Shown here piece after piece: positions 17,316 to 26,561 of a stretch of DNA of 64,000 nt. The notes below the pieces were generated by a model. The model was not told the DNA's origin, searched no databases, and worked only from the letters and a program-made list of their open reading frames with translations. The stretch is from a virus (lineage: Duplodnaviria > Caudoviricetes), in the IMG/VR virus record IMGVR_UViG_3300031787_000100, positions 2,214 to 66,213 of that record. One strand, written 5' to 3'. Both the position numbers and the translations under genes were made by a program. The stretch's first letter is position 1; every line of letters begins with the position of its first letter.

Positions 17316-17859
17316 CATACAAACAGAAATGCAAAAGATATTGCAAGCTTGGGAACAACCCGAAACAACTGAAACAACTAAGGAAACAACAGTGTTTAAA
17401 CCTACAAACAACGTAACAAAAGAAACCTTTAACTTTATTCGAGACAACTCCGGTTGCGCTCGAAACGATGCAATCCGAATCCTTGTAGCGCAAGGGCATA
17501 AGAAATCATCTGTGTCATCTTTGCTTGGACAGATGCTACGCCAAGGGCATATCTACAAGGATAGCGACGGCTTGCTACGCCCCAATGGTAAAGAGTACAC
17601 ACCCATCAAATCTTCTAAGACGCTTGCTAAGCGAGAAGCTAAGGTGAAGAAACCAAAAAGTTATAAGGTTATAACTTCTAAGCCAAGTCAAGAGGCATTG
17701 GGTTTAGCTGCATTGGTGAACGAGCCAATAGCTAAAGCGTTCAATCACCAACCTGACATTCGTACAAACATCGACATTATCATGGATACGATTAGCCTCA
17801 ATGATGCCCACGAGTTGTATCGTCGCTTGCACTTGTACTTCGGTGGCTTGGGTAAATGA
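17308..17859 (+). CDS. Hypothetical protein with possible winged-helix domain
   Basis: TFNFIRDNSGC.R..KKSSVSSLLGQMLRQGHIYK resembles a wHTH. Confidence 0.55.
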   Translation: MPDIQTEMQKILQAWEQPETTETTKETTVFKPTNNVTKETFNFIRDNSGCARNDAIRILVAQGHKKSSVSSLLGQMLRQGHIYKDSDGLLRPNGKEYTPIKSSKTLAKREAKVKKPKSYKVITSKPSQEALGLAALVNEPIAKAFNHQPDIRTNIDIIMDTISLNDAHELYRRLHLYFGGLGK

Positions 17860-18050
17860 GATCAAAAGCCATATTGGAGTTTGATTACCCCGACGATGAG
17901 GATGCGTTACTGTTCGCATTGAAGGGGCAAGCTATGTATAAGGCGCTGGCAAGTATCAAGATGGTTATGTCTGCACCTTATACAAAGGCTGAGATGGTCA
18001 GCCAAATCAAAACTGTACTCAACGAAATATTTGAGGAGTTGGGTGAATGA
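17856..18050 (+). CDS. Hypothetical protein
   Basis: Overlapping ORF, KAILEF motif. Confidence 0.65.
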   Translation: MRSKAILEFDYPDDEDALLFALKGQAMYKALASIKMVMSAPYTKAEMVSQIKTVLNEIFEELGE

Positions 18051-18235
18051 AGCCCAATGCTAAACGCATTACGATACCGGTGTCCGAGGGCATTGATAAG
18101 ATACGAGATCAACTGTCTGCGGATACTGGCATCAAGATGACATACAACCAAGTGCTTGACTACCTGATTCATTTCTATTTAGTACGCACTCAACAACCTG
18201 ACGCACCACGAACACAATGGAGGAAATTAAAGTGA
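18047..18235 (+). CDS. Small hypothetical, possibly RHH-like protein
   Basis: KRITIPVS then helices ending MTYNQVLDYLI. Confidence 0.55.
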   Translation: MKPNAKRITIPVSEGIDKIRDQLSADTGIKMTYNQVLDYLIHFYLVRTQQPDAPRTQWRKLK

Positions 18236-18336
18236 CTTGGCCCTTCCCCCCATTCCCAAACCCCAAGGACAAGGGCAACCGAGTCCCTAAGTTCAACCCT
18301 GATAACCACGAGGATGCACCGGTATGCGACAACTAA
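18232..18336 (+). CDS. Small Pro-rich peptide (34 aa)
   Basis: Hand-translated GTG start, MTWPFPPFPNPK...; GGAGG RBS. Confidence 0.5.
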   Translation: MTWPFPPFPNPKDKGNRVPKFNPDNHEDAPVCDN

Positions 18337-18515
18337 GCGAAACAACCGCAAGGCAAACCATAGGCATGATGCGCTCAATCGCTAGCCACGTACCAATCAG
18401 CCCATTTCATTTGCAAGCAGCCAAAGATATGGAACAATTACTGGAAGAAGTTTTGAAATACCGAAAGGAAAAGAAAGATGAAAAACCCACGCGTAATAAT
18501 TTACACAAGGGATAA
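18324..18515 (+). CDS. Hypothetical protein
   Basis: ORF within the operon. Confidence 0.6.
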   Translation: MRQLSETTARQTIGMMRSIASHVPISPFHLQAAKDMEQLLEEVLKYRKEKKDEKPTRNNLHKG

Positions 18516-18726
18516 CTGCCCGAACTGTGAGATAGCCAAACGTATTCTTTCGACTGCGAACATTGAATACATAGACGTCGACATCATGCTAGGCAACCGA
18601 TTGCAAAACTTTCTAGCGGAGTATCCTGATGCCCGTCAGATGCCTCAAATTTTTATCAACGACCAACGTGTTGGTGGTGTTGAGGGTCTGAAGGTTGCGT
18701 TACGCCAGTTGGGGATACTGCAATGA
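18478..18726 (+). CDS. Glutaredoxin
   Basis: IYTRDNCPNC active site, RQMPQIFI..RVGG. Confidence 0.9.
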   Translation: MKNPRVIIYTRDNCPNCEIAKRILSTANIEYIDVDIMLGNRLQNFLAEYPDARQMPQIFINDQRVGGVEGLKVALRQLGILQ

Positions 18727-19178
18727 TTAACAGTTATGCGCACAGTGGATTTCTAAAGCCCGATGTTGTAGATGCAAAGGGTTTTGGGTGGAAGGTAGAA
18801 ACAATCACTAAGTTTGCCGCAAACGAACTAACGCTAGAAACAGGAACAAATTTAACACGGAGAGCTAAAGATATGTCAACAGATTACGAAACCGCAACCA
18901 AGATTGCCGATGACGCAAGCAAGATGTTCAAGAAAAGTTACAGCGATTTAATTGAAACAACGGCACAGCTACAAACATCAACTAAAAAAGTATCAGGTGA
19001 TATTCGCAAATCAGCCGATGATTTAGCGCAAGGGTTACTGAAGGTGCAGAAGCAGGCGGACTTTAACAACCTGACACGATACGTTGAGTTGCTTGAGAGG
19101 GCAGCTACTGCCATGACTACGCTAGCTGACCTAGAGAAGGCAGGGAAACTGCAAAAGATTGCGGGTGCGCTGAAATGA
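18723..19178 (+). CDS. Hypothetical coiled-coil protein
   Basis: ORF within the operon; start uncertain. Confidence 0.65.
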   Translation: MINSYAHSGFLKPDVVDAKGFGWKVETITKFAANELTLETGTNLTRRAKDMSTDYETATKIADDASKMFKKSYSDLIETTAQLQTSTKKVSGDIRKSADDLAQGLLKVQKQADFNNLTRYVELLERAATAMTTLADLEKAGKLQKIAGALK

Positions 19179-19450
19179 AAGTTTTAGATTTAGTAAGGTA
19201 TGACCCTGATAAAGGATGCTTCGTTATGAAAGACAATACACCCCCGCGTGTGTTCAACCCATGGGAAGAGTTAGCGCAAGTTGACCGCCCTAGCATCTTT
19301 CTAAAAGATGTTTACTTCCGTGCCAAAGGTGCGGGAACCCTTGAGAGTGAGAAGGGTCTAGGCTACAAACAATTTGGCACTTACACCAAAGCACGACAAC
19401 CAAACAAACACGAAAGGTCACCCGAAGATGCCAAGACCAAAGCCCCCTGA
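19175..19450 (+). CDS. Hypothetical protein
   Basis: ORF within the operon. Confidence 0.6.
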   Translation: MKVLDLVRYDPDKGCFVMKDNTPPRVFNPWEELAQVDRPSIFLKDVYFRAKGAGTLESEKGLGYKQFGTYTKARQPNKHERSPEDAKTKAP

Positions 19451-19619
19451 GCCATTGATAGGAAGACAGATACGAATGTCTGACAGACAGTGGATTATTT
19501 TTAATCAGCTTGGCGGTGCCGAATGGTTACGTACCATCATCACCAAGAAAGCCCCGATGCCCAAGCAGTACTATGACGCACTACTACAGGAGAAACCAAA
19601 TGATTCAAAGAGCCGATGA
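19428..19619 (+). CDS. Small putative DNA-binding protein
   Basis: MPRPKP..RQIRMSDRQW..LGGAEWLR. Confidence 0.55.
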   Translation: MPRPKPPEPLIGRQIRMSDRQWIIFNQLGGAEWLRTIITKKAPMPKQYYDALLQEKPNDSKSR

Positions 19620-19815
19620 CACGCAAATTGGCGGGTCGCATTACAAAGACAAAACCATACAGCCATGGGACTACATCATTGCCAACGACCTTGGGTATCT
19701 CGAGGGTAACGTGGTGAAGTACATATCCCGTTGGAAAAACAAAAACGGTGTTGAAGACTTGAAGAAAGCCCAACATTACTTATCCAAACTAATTGAGGTG
19801 GCAAATGGAAAATAG
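19600..19815 (+). CDS. DUF3310 (SaV-like) protein
   Basis: QIGGSHY..IQPWD..GNVVKY..R..KNG.EDLKKA.HYL. Confidence 0.8.
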   Translation: MIQRADDTQIGGSHYKDKTIQPWDYIIANDLGYLEGNVVKYISRWKNKNGVEDLKKAQHYLSKLIEVANGK

Positions 19816-20293
19816 AATGATAATGCGGGACGCTTGGGGTCGCACGATTGCCGGTGACGGGGGGCACTGCCCTATATGTGATCGGTGGGGCAAGATATAC
19901 ATCCGCAACATTAACAAAACAATGGCACAAGGTTTGGTGTGGCTGAACCATCAAACTGGCGATGAGGACGGTTGGGTAAACGTTCCCGTAAAGGGGCCAC
20001 AATGGTTGGTGCGATCTAACCAACTGGCTACGTTGCACTGGTGGAACCTTGTGGAACGCAAAAGCAAAGACGACTCACACAAGTCCAAGTTCTCAGGCAT
20101 CTGGCGTACTACACGGTTAGGTAAAGAATTTGTGGCGGGGCTGATACGTGTCCCACGTAGCGTGTACACATACAACAACACGGTTGTTAAACACGGGGAT
20201 GAAGAAGTGCTACTCAGTGAATGCCTCGACGAGGGGTTCGATTACAACCAAGTTATGAGTACCAATCTACATGGCAGCAACACCCGAATCTAA
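19805..20293 (+). CDS. Hypothetical protein with CxxC
   Basis: GHCPICDR; ORF within the operon. Confidence 0.65.
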   Translation: MENRMIMRDAWGRTIAGDGGHCPICDRWGKIYIRNINKTMAQGLVWLNHQTGDEDGWVNVPVKGPQWLVRSNQLATLHWWNLVERKSKDDSHKSKFSGIWRTTRLGKEFVAGLIRVPRSVYTYNNTVVKHGDEEVLLSECLDEGFDYNQVMSTNLHGSNTRI

Positions 20294-20570
20294 AGTAAAA
20301 GCCAAGATCAAAGCAATCTTGAAAGCCCACGGAGCTTACTACGCCATGCCTATTGGCACTGGCTACGGCAACAGTGGTGTGCCTGACTTCCTAGTGTGCC
20401 ACGGTGGTGAGTTTCTTGCCATTGAAGCCAAGGCGGGGAAGGGCGTGCCTACTGCATTGCAATACAAAAACCTAGACGCCATCCTGACCGCAGGGGGCAG
20501 GGTGCTAGTCATCAACGAAGATGAACTCAAACGAGGTACCCTCGAAGCCACATTAGATAGGATGTTATGA
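20271..20570 (+). CDS. VRR-NUC / PD-(D/E)XK nuclease (resolvase-like)
   Basis: PESKVK, GVPDF, AIEAKA, TALQ. Confidence 0.8.
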   Translation: MAATPESKVKAKIKAILKAHGAYYAMPIGTGYGNSGVPDFLVCHGGEFLAIEAKAGKGVPTALQYKNLDAILTAGGRVLVINEDELKRGTLEATLDRML

Positions 20571-22465
20571 AAATCGTAACGCTTGACCTTGAGTGCTTCT
20601 ACTCAACTGAGTATTCCCTGACCAAGATTCCTACCGAGGAGTATGTGCGGTCGCCTCAGTTTGAGATGATTGGCATTGCAATCAAGGTGGACGATGGTGA
20701 AACCGTTTGGTATCCCAAACCGCAAGTGGAACGGATACTGAAAGAGTTTGATTGGTCTGATGCGATGGTGGTTGCACAGAACACTGCGTTTGATGGTGCG
20801 GTACTTGACTGGCTGTATGGCGTAAAGCCACTGGCTTGGTTGGACACACTTGGTATGTCACGGGCTTTGTTTCCGCATGAGAAGGCGCATGGCTTAGCCA
20901 AGCAAGCTGAACGCATGGGTATCGGAGCTAAGGGTGATGAGGTGCTTCATGCCAAGGGCAAGCACTACGCTGACTTCTCACCCGAAGAGTTGGCACGCTA
21001 CGCTGAGTACTGCATCAACGACACTGAGTTGACGTACAAGCTATTTAACATGTACATGGCGATGGGTTTCCCTAAGCAAGAACTGAAACTGATGGACATG
21101 ACTCTGCGTATGTTTATTGAGCCTGTGCTTGAGTTGGATAAGAAGTTATTGGTTGACCACTTGGAAGCCGTGAAAGATGCCAAGGAAGCCCTGATGGAAT
21201 CGGTGCGGGACTTCATGCTCAAAGACGCTGATCCCGAGTACGTACACGCTATCTTTAGCGAAGGTATGGATGGCATCAAGAAGCTACTAATGTCTAATGA
21301 CAAGTTCTCTAAGGTACTCGAGAACTACGGTGTTGTACCGCCCACAAAGGTAAGCCTGCGCACTGGCAAGACGGCATGGGCATTTGCCAAAACCGATGAA
21401 GAATTTAAAGCACTAGAGGAGCATCCTGATGAACGAGTACAAATGCTTGTCGCAGCCCGCCTTGGAAACAAGACGACAATTGAAGAGACTCGCACTGAGC
21501 GCTTTATCGGTATGTCTACTCGAGGCAGGTTTCCTGTACCTCTACGTTACTACGGGGCACACTCTGGTCGTTGGTCTGGTCAAGACTCTGTAAACCTGCA
21601 GAACCTACCGTCACGCGGTGACAACGCAGGCAAGATCAAGAAGGCTATCAAGGCTCCGGCAGGGCATGTGGTCATTGACTGCGACTCAGCGCAGATTGAG
21701 GCACGTACCTTGGCTTGGTTAGCAGGTCAGCATGACTTGGTGCAGGCGTTTGAGGATAAACAAGACGTTTACCGCCTCATGGCTAGCCAGATTTACCAGA
21801 TACCGCCCGAGCATGTGACGACCGGCCCCGCCAGTCAGCGTCAGGTGGGCAAGACCGTGGTGCTTGGTGCAGGCTATGGCGTTGGACCAAACAAGTTACA
21901 GATATTCTTAAAGACACAGGCGGGGGTTGAGGTGACGCTTGACGAGGCAAAACGCATCATCCACGCATACAGGACAACGTACTACAAGATACCCGAGTTG
22001 TGGCACAAAGCTGATGAAGCGCTGATAGCGTTGCGTACAGGCAACGGTTTTCAAGTGGACGAGCAAGGCTTGATTAGAGCCGTACCGAAGAGCGGGTTAA
22101 CCCTACCTAGTGGGCTACATATCCAGTACCCCGGCTTGGGTGAGGTGTTAGATGAGAAGACCGGCAAGACTCAGCTACGCTATTTCTCTAAGGGAATACC
22201 CGTGTATATCTACGGGGGTAAGGTAGTCGAGAACCTGTGTCAAGCCGTAGCAAGGCAGGTCGTGGCGGAGCAGATGCTCAAAATCGGCAAGAAGTACAAA
22301 GTGGTGTTGACAGTCCATGATGCCGTGGCTTGCATTGCACCGATTGAGGAAAAAGATGAAGCAAAACAATATGTTGAGGAGTGTATGTCATGGCGACCAA
22401 AGTGGGCACAAACTCTGCCGTTAGCCTGCGAGTCAGGCGTAGGGGCTTCCTATGGGGACTGTTGA
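20567..22465 (+). CDS. polA: DNA polymerase, family A, with 3'-5' exonuclease
   Basis: Exo DLE / NTAFD / YCIND; NLQNLP; motif A DSAQIEAR, motif B RQVGKTVVLGAGYG, motif C TVHDA. Confidence 0.92.
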   Translation: MKIVTLDLECFYSTEYSLTKIPTEEYVRSPQFEMIGIAIKVDDGETVWYPKPQVERILKEFDWSDAMVVAQNTAFDGAVLDWLYGVKPLAWLDTLGMSRALFPHEKAHGLAKQAERMGIGAKGDEVLHAKGKHYADFSPEELARYAEYCINDTELTYKLFNMYMAMGFPKQELKLMDMTLRMFIEPVLELDKKLLVDHLEAVKDAKEALMESVRDFMLKDADPEYVHAIFSEGMDGIKKLLMSNDKFSKVLENYGVVPPTKVSLRTGKTAWAFAKTDEEFKALEEHPDERVQMLVAARLGNKTTIEETRTERFIGMSTRGRFPVPLRYYGAHSGRWSGQDSVNLQNLPSRGDNAGKIKKAIKAPAGHVVIDCDSAQIEARTLAWLAGQHDLVQAFEDKQDVYRLMASQIYQIPPEHVTTGPASQRQVGKTVVLGAGYGVGPNKLQIFLKTQAGVEVTLDEAKRIIHAYRTTYYKIPELWHKADEALIALRTGNGFQVDEQGLIRAVPKSGLTLPSGLHIQYPGLGEVLDEKTGKTQLRYFSKGIPVYIYGGKVVENLCQAVARQVVAEQMLKIGKKYKVVLTVHDAVACIAPIEEKDEAKQYVEECMSWRPKWAQTLPLACESGVGASYGDC

Positions 22466-22506
22466 TTGGTACACTAGGGCTTGCAAAAACAAACCCAGTT
22501 CTTTCC

Positions 22507-23172
22507 ATGACGCTAGCACACTCCTACTCAGGCATCAAAGACTACGAAGGCTGTCCACGCAGATACCACGAAGTCAAGATACTAAAAAAGTTTAAATCTA
22601 AAGACACTGAAGCAACCATGTACGGCACTGCCGTACACAAAGCATTTGAAGAATACATCCGTGATAAGACACCACTTCCAGCGAGTTATGCGAATTACAA
22701 ACCATTCGTGGAACCCCTCGCCAACTTCCAAGGCGACGTCCGTTGCGAGGAAAAACTTGGCATCCGTGCAGACTTCACACCCTGTGGATTCTTTGACAAA
22801 GATGTATGGTTCCGAGGTATACCCGACTATCTTGCAATCAACCACGACAAAGGAATTGCAAGGGTAGCCGACTATAAGACTGGCAAGTCAAGCCGGTACG
22901 CAGACAGCGCTCAATTAGAACTAATGGCAGCTATGGTGATGATTCACCATCCCAACGTAAATACCGTCAAGGGGGCACTGTTGTTCGTTGTAGTTGGCGA
23001 TGTGATTAAGTCTGAGTACACTCGTAAACAATTGCCTGAAATCCTGTCTAAATGGGCTGGCAGGGCTAGTGCAATCGAAGCAGCGGTAGTGCATGGGGTA
23101 TGGAATCCCAAAAGCTCTGCCCTATGCAAATTCTGCCCAGTTACTACTTGTGAGAACCACAATGGCCACTAA
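22507..23172 (+). CDS. PD-(D/E)XK exonuclease (RecB/Cas4-like fold)
   Basis: SYS..CPR, GTAVH, RGIPD, VADYKTG, QL, C-terminal CKFC..C. Confidence 0.85.
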   Translation: MTLAHSYSGIKDYEGCPRRYHEVKILKKFKSKDTEATMYGTAVHKAFEEYIRDKTPLPASYANYKPFVEPLANFQGDVRCEEKLGIRADFTPCGFFDKDVWFRGIPDYLAINHDKGIARVADYKTGKSSRYADSAQLELMAAMVMIHHPNVNTVKGALLFVVVGDVIKSEYTRKQLPEILSKWAGRASAIEAAVVHGVWNPKSSALCKFCPVTTCENHNGH

Positions 23173-23446
23173 ACGAAACTATAAGCAAGAATACGAACGG
23201 TATCAGGGTACGCCTAAACAGTTGGCTGCCCAATCCGAAAGACACAAAGCTAGACGGGCATACGAGAAGGAGCATGGCACTCTGCCTGACACCGTAGACG
23301 TAGACCATAAGAAGGCTATGTCCAAAGGCGGTACGTCTAAACTAAGCAATCTACGTGCCTCACCGCAGTCTGAAAACACAAGCTTTTCCCGTACCAAAAC
23401 TGGTGCGCTGAAGTCACAAATTTCTAAGCGAGAGCGTAAAAAATAA
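23162..23446 (+). CDS. Small HNH endonuclease-like protein
   Basis: DVDHKKAMSKGG...SNLR...N. Confidence 0.75.
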   Translation: MATKRNYKQEYERYQGTPKQLAAQSERHKARRAYEKEHGTLPDTVDVDHKKAMSKGGTSKLSNLRASPQSENTSFSRTKTGALKSQISKRERKK

Positions 23447-23518
23447 TGTAAGATGAAATCACTTAGCGGTTGCCACTTCTAAGTTGTTTCATTTGGTTCT
23501 CCTCCCAGTAATGGGTTT

Positions 23519-23548
23519 GCCCAGTAGCAGTGCTACTGGGCTATTTTT
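23519..23548 (+). terminator. Terminator-like hairpin upstream of helicase
   Basis: GCCCAGTAGC-AGT-GCTACTGGGC then TATTTTT. Confidence 0.65.
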
Positions 23549-23569
23549 GTCAACTCTATTCAAATTTAT

Positions 23570-25123
23570 ATGCAAATCATTGATAACAAAGCATTGGTGT
23601 TTAACACACGTAAAGCAAATCAAATCACTTCAATCATTCCTAAGAGCAAGGTGCTTGAGAACAACGGAGACGTTGACCAAGTTATTGTTAACTGGGGCTT
23701 TGACGAAGTGCAACTACTACGCAATCTAGGTATACGTGATGTGCCTAGTCCCATTTTGGGACGCTATCAGTGGCCGGGAATGTTTACGCCGTTTGATCAT
23801 CAGCGTACTACCGCAGAGTTCCTTACACTCCATCCACGTTGCTTTGTGTTCAACGAAGCAGGCACAGGCAAGACCAGTGCAGCAGCTTGGGCTGCGGATT
23901 ATCTGATGCAACAAGGCAGAGTTAAGCGTGTGCTTGTTGTGTGCCCAGTGTCCATCATGGACACCGCATGGCGTTCTGATTTATTTAAGACAGTCATGCA
24001 CCGCACAGTGGCTATCGCTCAGGGGTCACGCACACAAAGACAGAAGGTTATTCAAGGAGATTACGAATTTGTAATCATTAACTTTGATGGTGTGAAGGTA
24101 GTCAATAAAGAGTTAGAAGCCGGTGGGTTTGACCTCATCATTGTGGACGAGGCTAACGCAGTTAAGAGCGTGACTACCGATAGGTGGAAGTGCCTTGCAA
24201 CCTTGATTAAACCTACTACACGCCTATGGATGATGACAGGTACGCCTGCCTCGCAGTCACCGCTAGATGCCTATGGTCTGGCTAAGCTTGTGGCACCTGA
24301 TGCGGTGCCTAGATTCTTTGGTGCGTTCCGTGACAAGGTGATGCTCAAGCTTACGCAGTACAAGTGGGTGCCGAGACAAGACGCACAACAGATCGTTCAC
24401 CAAGTATTGCAACCCGCCATTAGATACACAAAGCTTGAGTGCTTGGACTTGCCTGACTTGTTGTACTCGACTCGTGAGGTTCCCTTGACTGCTCAGCAGA
24501 CCAAGTACTATGACGCGCTCAAAAAACAAATGATGACCATCGCAGCAGGCTCAGAAATTACAGCGGTGAATGCGGCAGCAATGCTTAACAAACTTTTGCA
24601 AGTTGCGCAAGGGGCGGTATATACCGATGATGGTGGCGTTGTTGAGTTTGATGTAACCAACCGCATGAGTGAGTTGTTAAACGTGATCGAGCAGACCGAC
24701 CATAAGATATTGGTGTTTATCCCATATCGACACACGCTTCAAATGGTTGAGAATACTCTGCTCAAAGAAGGTTACACAGTGCAGACAATTCATGGCGGTG
24801 TTGCGTCAACACGACGAGCAGACATAATTAAAGAATTCCAAACAGAAGATGACCCACGCATACTCCTCTTAGTACCGCAGGCAACTGCACACGGTATCAC
24901 GCTGACTCGTGCCGACCAAGTTGTGTGGTGGGGTCCAGTAGCGTCCACAGAAATCTATTTGCAAGCTAACTCACGAGCGCACCGAGCAGGGCAGACAAAC
25001 AAAGTTACAGTCACACACCTGCAAGGCAGTCCGGTCGAGCGACGCATGTACACCATGCTGCAAAATAAAATAGATTTACATCAAAGTTTGGTAGATTTAT
25101 ACAAACAAGAGCTTGACACGTAA
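23570..25123 (+). CDS. SNF2-family (SF2) helicase
   Basis: EAGTGKT, IIVDEA, MTGTP, HGITLT, QANSRAHRAGQ. Confidence 0.9.
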   Translation: MQIIDNKALVFNTRKANQITSIIPKSKVLENNGDVDQVIVNWGFDEVQLLRNLGIRDVPSPILGRYQWPGMFTPFDHQRTTAEFLTLHPRCFVFNEAGTGKTSAAAWAADYLMQQGRVKRVLVVCPVSIMDTAWRSDLFKTVMHRTVAIAQGSRTQRQKVIQGDYEFVIINFDGVKVVNKELEAGGFDLIIVDEANAVKSVTTDRWKCLATLIKPTTRLWMMTGTPASQSPLDAYGLAKLVAPDAVPRFFGAFRDKVMLKLTQYKWVPRQDAQQIVHQVLQPAIRYTKLECLDLPDLLYSTREVPLTAQQTKYYDALKKQMMTIAAGSEITAVNAAAMLNKLLQVAQGAVYTDDGGVVEFDVTNRMSELLNVIEQTDHKILVFIPYRHTLQMVENTLLKEGYTVQTIHGGVASTRRADIIKEFQTEDDPRILLLVPQATAHGITLTRADQVVWWGPVASTEIYLQANSRAHRAGQTNKVTVTHLQGSPVERRMYTMLQNKIDLHQSLVDLYKQELDT

Positions 25124-25140
25124 ATTTTACAGTGTATAAT
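25113..25140 (+). promoter_or_regulatory. Sigma70 promoter
   Basis: TTGACA-16 nt-TATAAT. Confidence 0.8.
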
Positions 25141-25260
25141 TTCTAAAAAACGGGGGGAAAGCTGCTACTGATTGTTAAGTCGAGACTTTTTTAAGATCGC
25201 ATCAATCGGACGAGCGGTTAGTACCCTCACCCAATGTTCAACGTAAATCAAAGGAATCCT

Positions 25261-25650
25261 ATGGATGCAAGTCAGTTAGTCAATGTGTATATCAAGATAC
25301 GTGACGCCAAAGAAATAAAAAAGAAACAGATGGAAGCCGAGATTGCTGACCTTGATGTTCAGCTTGAGGCAGTCGAGCAAGAGCTTCTAGAAATCTGCAA
25401 GACCACTGGACAAGACGGTGGCAAAACACAATTCGGTTCGTTCACACGAGCCGTCAAAACACGCTACTGGACCAGTGACTGGGACAGTATGTACAAATTC
25501 ATCCGTGAGCATGATGCACCTGACTTACTCGAACGTCGGATTGCGCAAGGTAACTTCGCACAGTTCGTCAAAGAGAATCCGGACAGCATGCCTGCAGGTG
25601 TGAATATCGAGTCGAAATACTCGATCACGGTTCGCCGTTCATCCAAGTAA
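25261..25650 (+). CDS. Hypothetical replication-module protein
   Basis: AAGGA RBS; N-terminal coil, DW..Y.FI..LLERR motif. Confidence 0.75.
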   Translation: MDASQLVNVYIKIRDAKEIKKKQMEAEIADLDVQLEAVEQELLEICKTTGQDGGKTQFGSFTRAVKTRYWTSDWDSMYKFIREHDAPDLLERRIAQGNFAQFVKENPDSMPAGVNIESKYSITVRRSSK

Positions 25651-25670
25651 CTTCCCAATAGGAAATCAAA

Positions 25671-26561
25671 ATGAGTAACATGACACTTTTTAAATCCGGT
25701 TCCGTTATCCCTGACTATTTACGTGAGGCTTCTGACGCTACTACCCGTGACATTGCAGGTAGCTCTGGCGGTAAGCAAATCTCTATCAAGGGCGGTGTGT
25801 GGCGTATGGTCGTAGGCGGTGAAGAAGTCGCCAAGAACGAAGAACGCGCCATGAACTTCGTGGTGATTGCATCCGGCAAGGGTGTGACACGTACGTTCTA
25901 TGCAGACAAATACGAAGAAGGCAAGGACATTAAACCTGCCTGCTGGTCTGCTGAAGGCGTAGTGCCCAACGAAGAAGTGACTAACCCACAGGCTAAGACC
26001 TGCGCTACCTGCCCACAGAACATCGAAGGCTCTGGCGATGGTAAGGCTCGTGCCTGCCGTTACAGTAAGCGCTTGGCTGTAGCTTTAGAGAACGACATTG
26101 GTGGCAACATCTACCGCTTGTCAGTCCCCGCCAAGTCATACTTCGGTCGTGCTGAAGGTGAGAAGATGCCACTGCAAGCGTTTGGTAAGTTCTTGTCAGG
26201 ACACGGTATTCCGATTACAGGCATTGTGACCGAAGCTCGCTTCGACACTGCCGAAGCAGTGCCCGTGTTGAAGTTCCGTGCTGTACGCCCCTTGTCGAAA
26301 GAAGAGTGGGAACTGGGTAAAGCACAGAGCCTGACAGAAGACGCTCGTCAAGCTATCGAGTTGAAGATGGTTCCATCTAAAGCCGAAGGCATGCCTGCGT
26401 TACCACAGTCGTTCAAGGAAGCCCCTGCTGCCGTCGAGAAAGCGGAAGCCGTGGCTGAGCCAGTGAAACGTGCCCCTGCTAAAGCAAAGCCTGAGACGCC
26501 TGCAGCAGCAAAGAACGTATCTGACATCTTGAGTGACTGGGCTACTGACGAAGATGCGTAA
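25671..26561 (+). CDS. Probable single-stranded DNA-binding protein
   Basis: PACWS..CATCP.N..GS..ACR core; flexible tail ending in acidic DWATDEDA; replication context. Confidence 0.55.
   Translation: MSNMTLFKSGSVIPDYLREASDATTRDIAGSSGGKQISIKGGVWRMVVGGEEVAKNEERAMNFVVIASGKGVTRTFYADKYEEGKDIKPACWSAEGVVPNEEVTNPQAKTCATCPQNIEGSGDGKARACRYSKRLAVALENDIGGNIYRLSVPAKSYFGRAEGEKMPLQAFGKFLSGHGIPITGIVTEARFDTAEAVPVLKFRAVRPLSKEEWELGKAQSLTEDARQAIELKMVPSKAEGMPALPQSFKEAPAAVEKAEAVAEPVKRAPAKAKPETPAAAKNVSDILSDWATDEDA

Larger units (their letters stand above)
8221..17677. repeat. Dispersed ~22-bp quasi-palindrome AA(C/G)(T/C)TATAA(CC/GG)TTATAACTT, 12 strong copies
   Basis: Copies start at 8221, 8717, 9338, 9985, 10497, 11175, 11991, 13097 (GG core), 13978, 15184, 15857, 17657 (GG core). 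Partial copies at 6941-6954 and 6819-6829; degenerate copy at 10226-10243. Confidence 0.95.

Noticed and set aside
8221-17677. TTATAA repeats as a CRISPR array or integron attC sites
   Set aside because: Spacing is 0.5-1.8 kb with whole genes between copies, there is no attC R/L box architecture, and no cas operon or tyrosine integrase is visible.
22507-23172. Cas4 as evidence of a CRISPR system
   Set aside because: Stand-alone PD-(D/E)XK exonuclease in a normal phage replication module, with no array or cas1.
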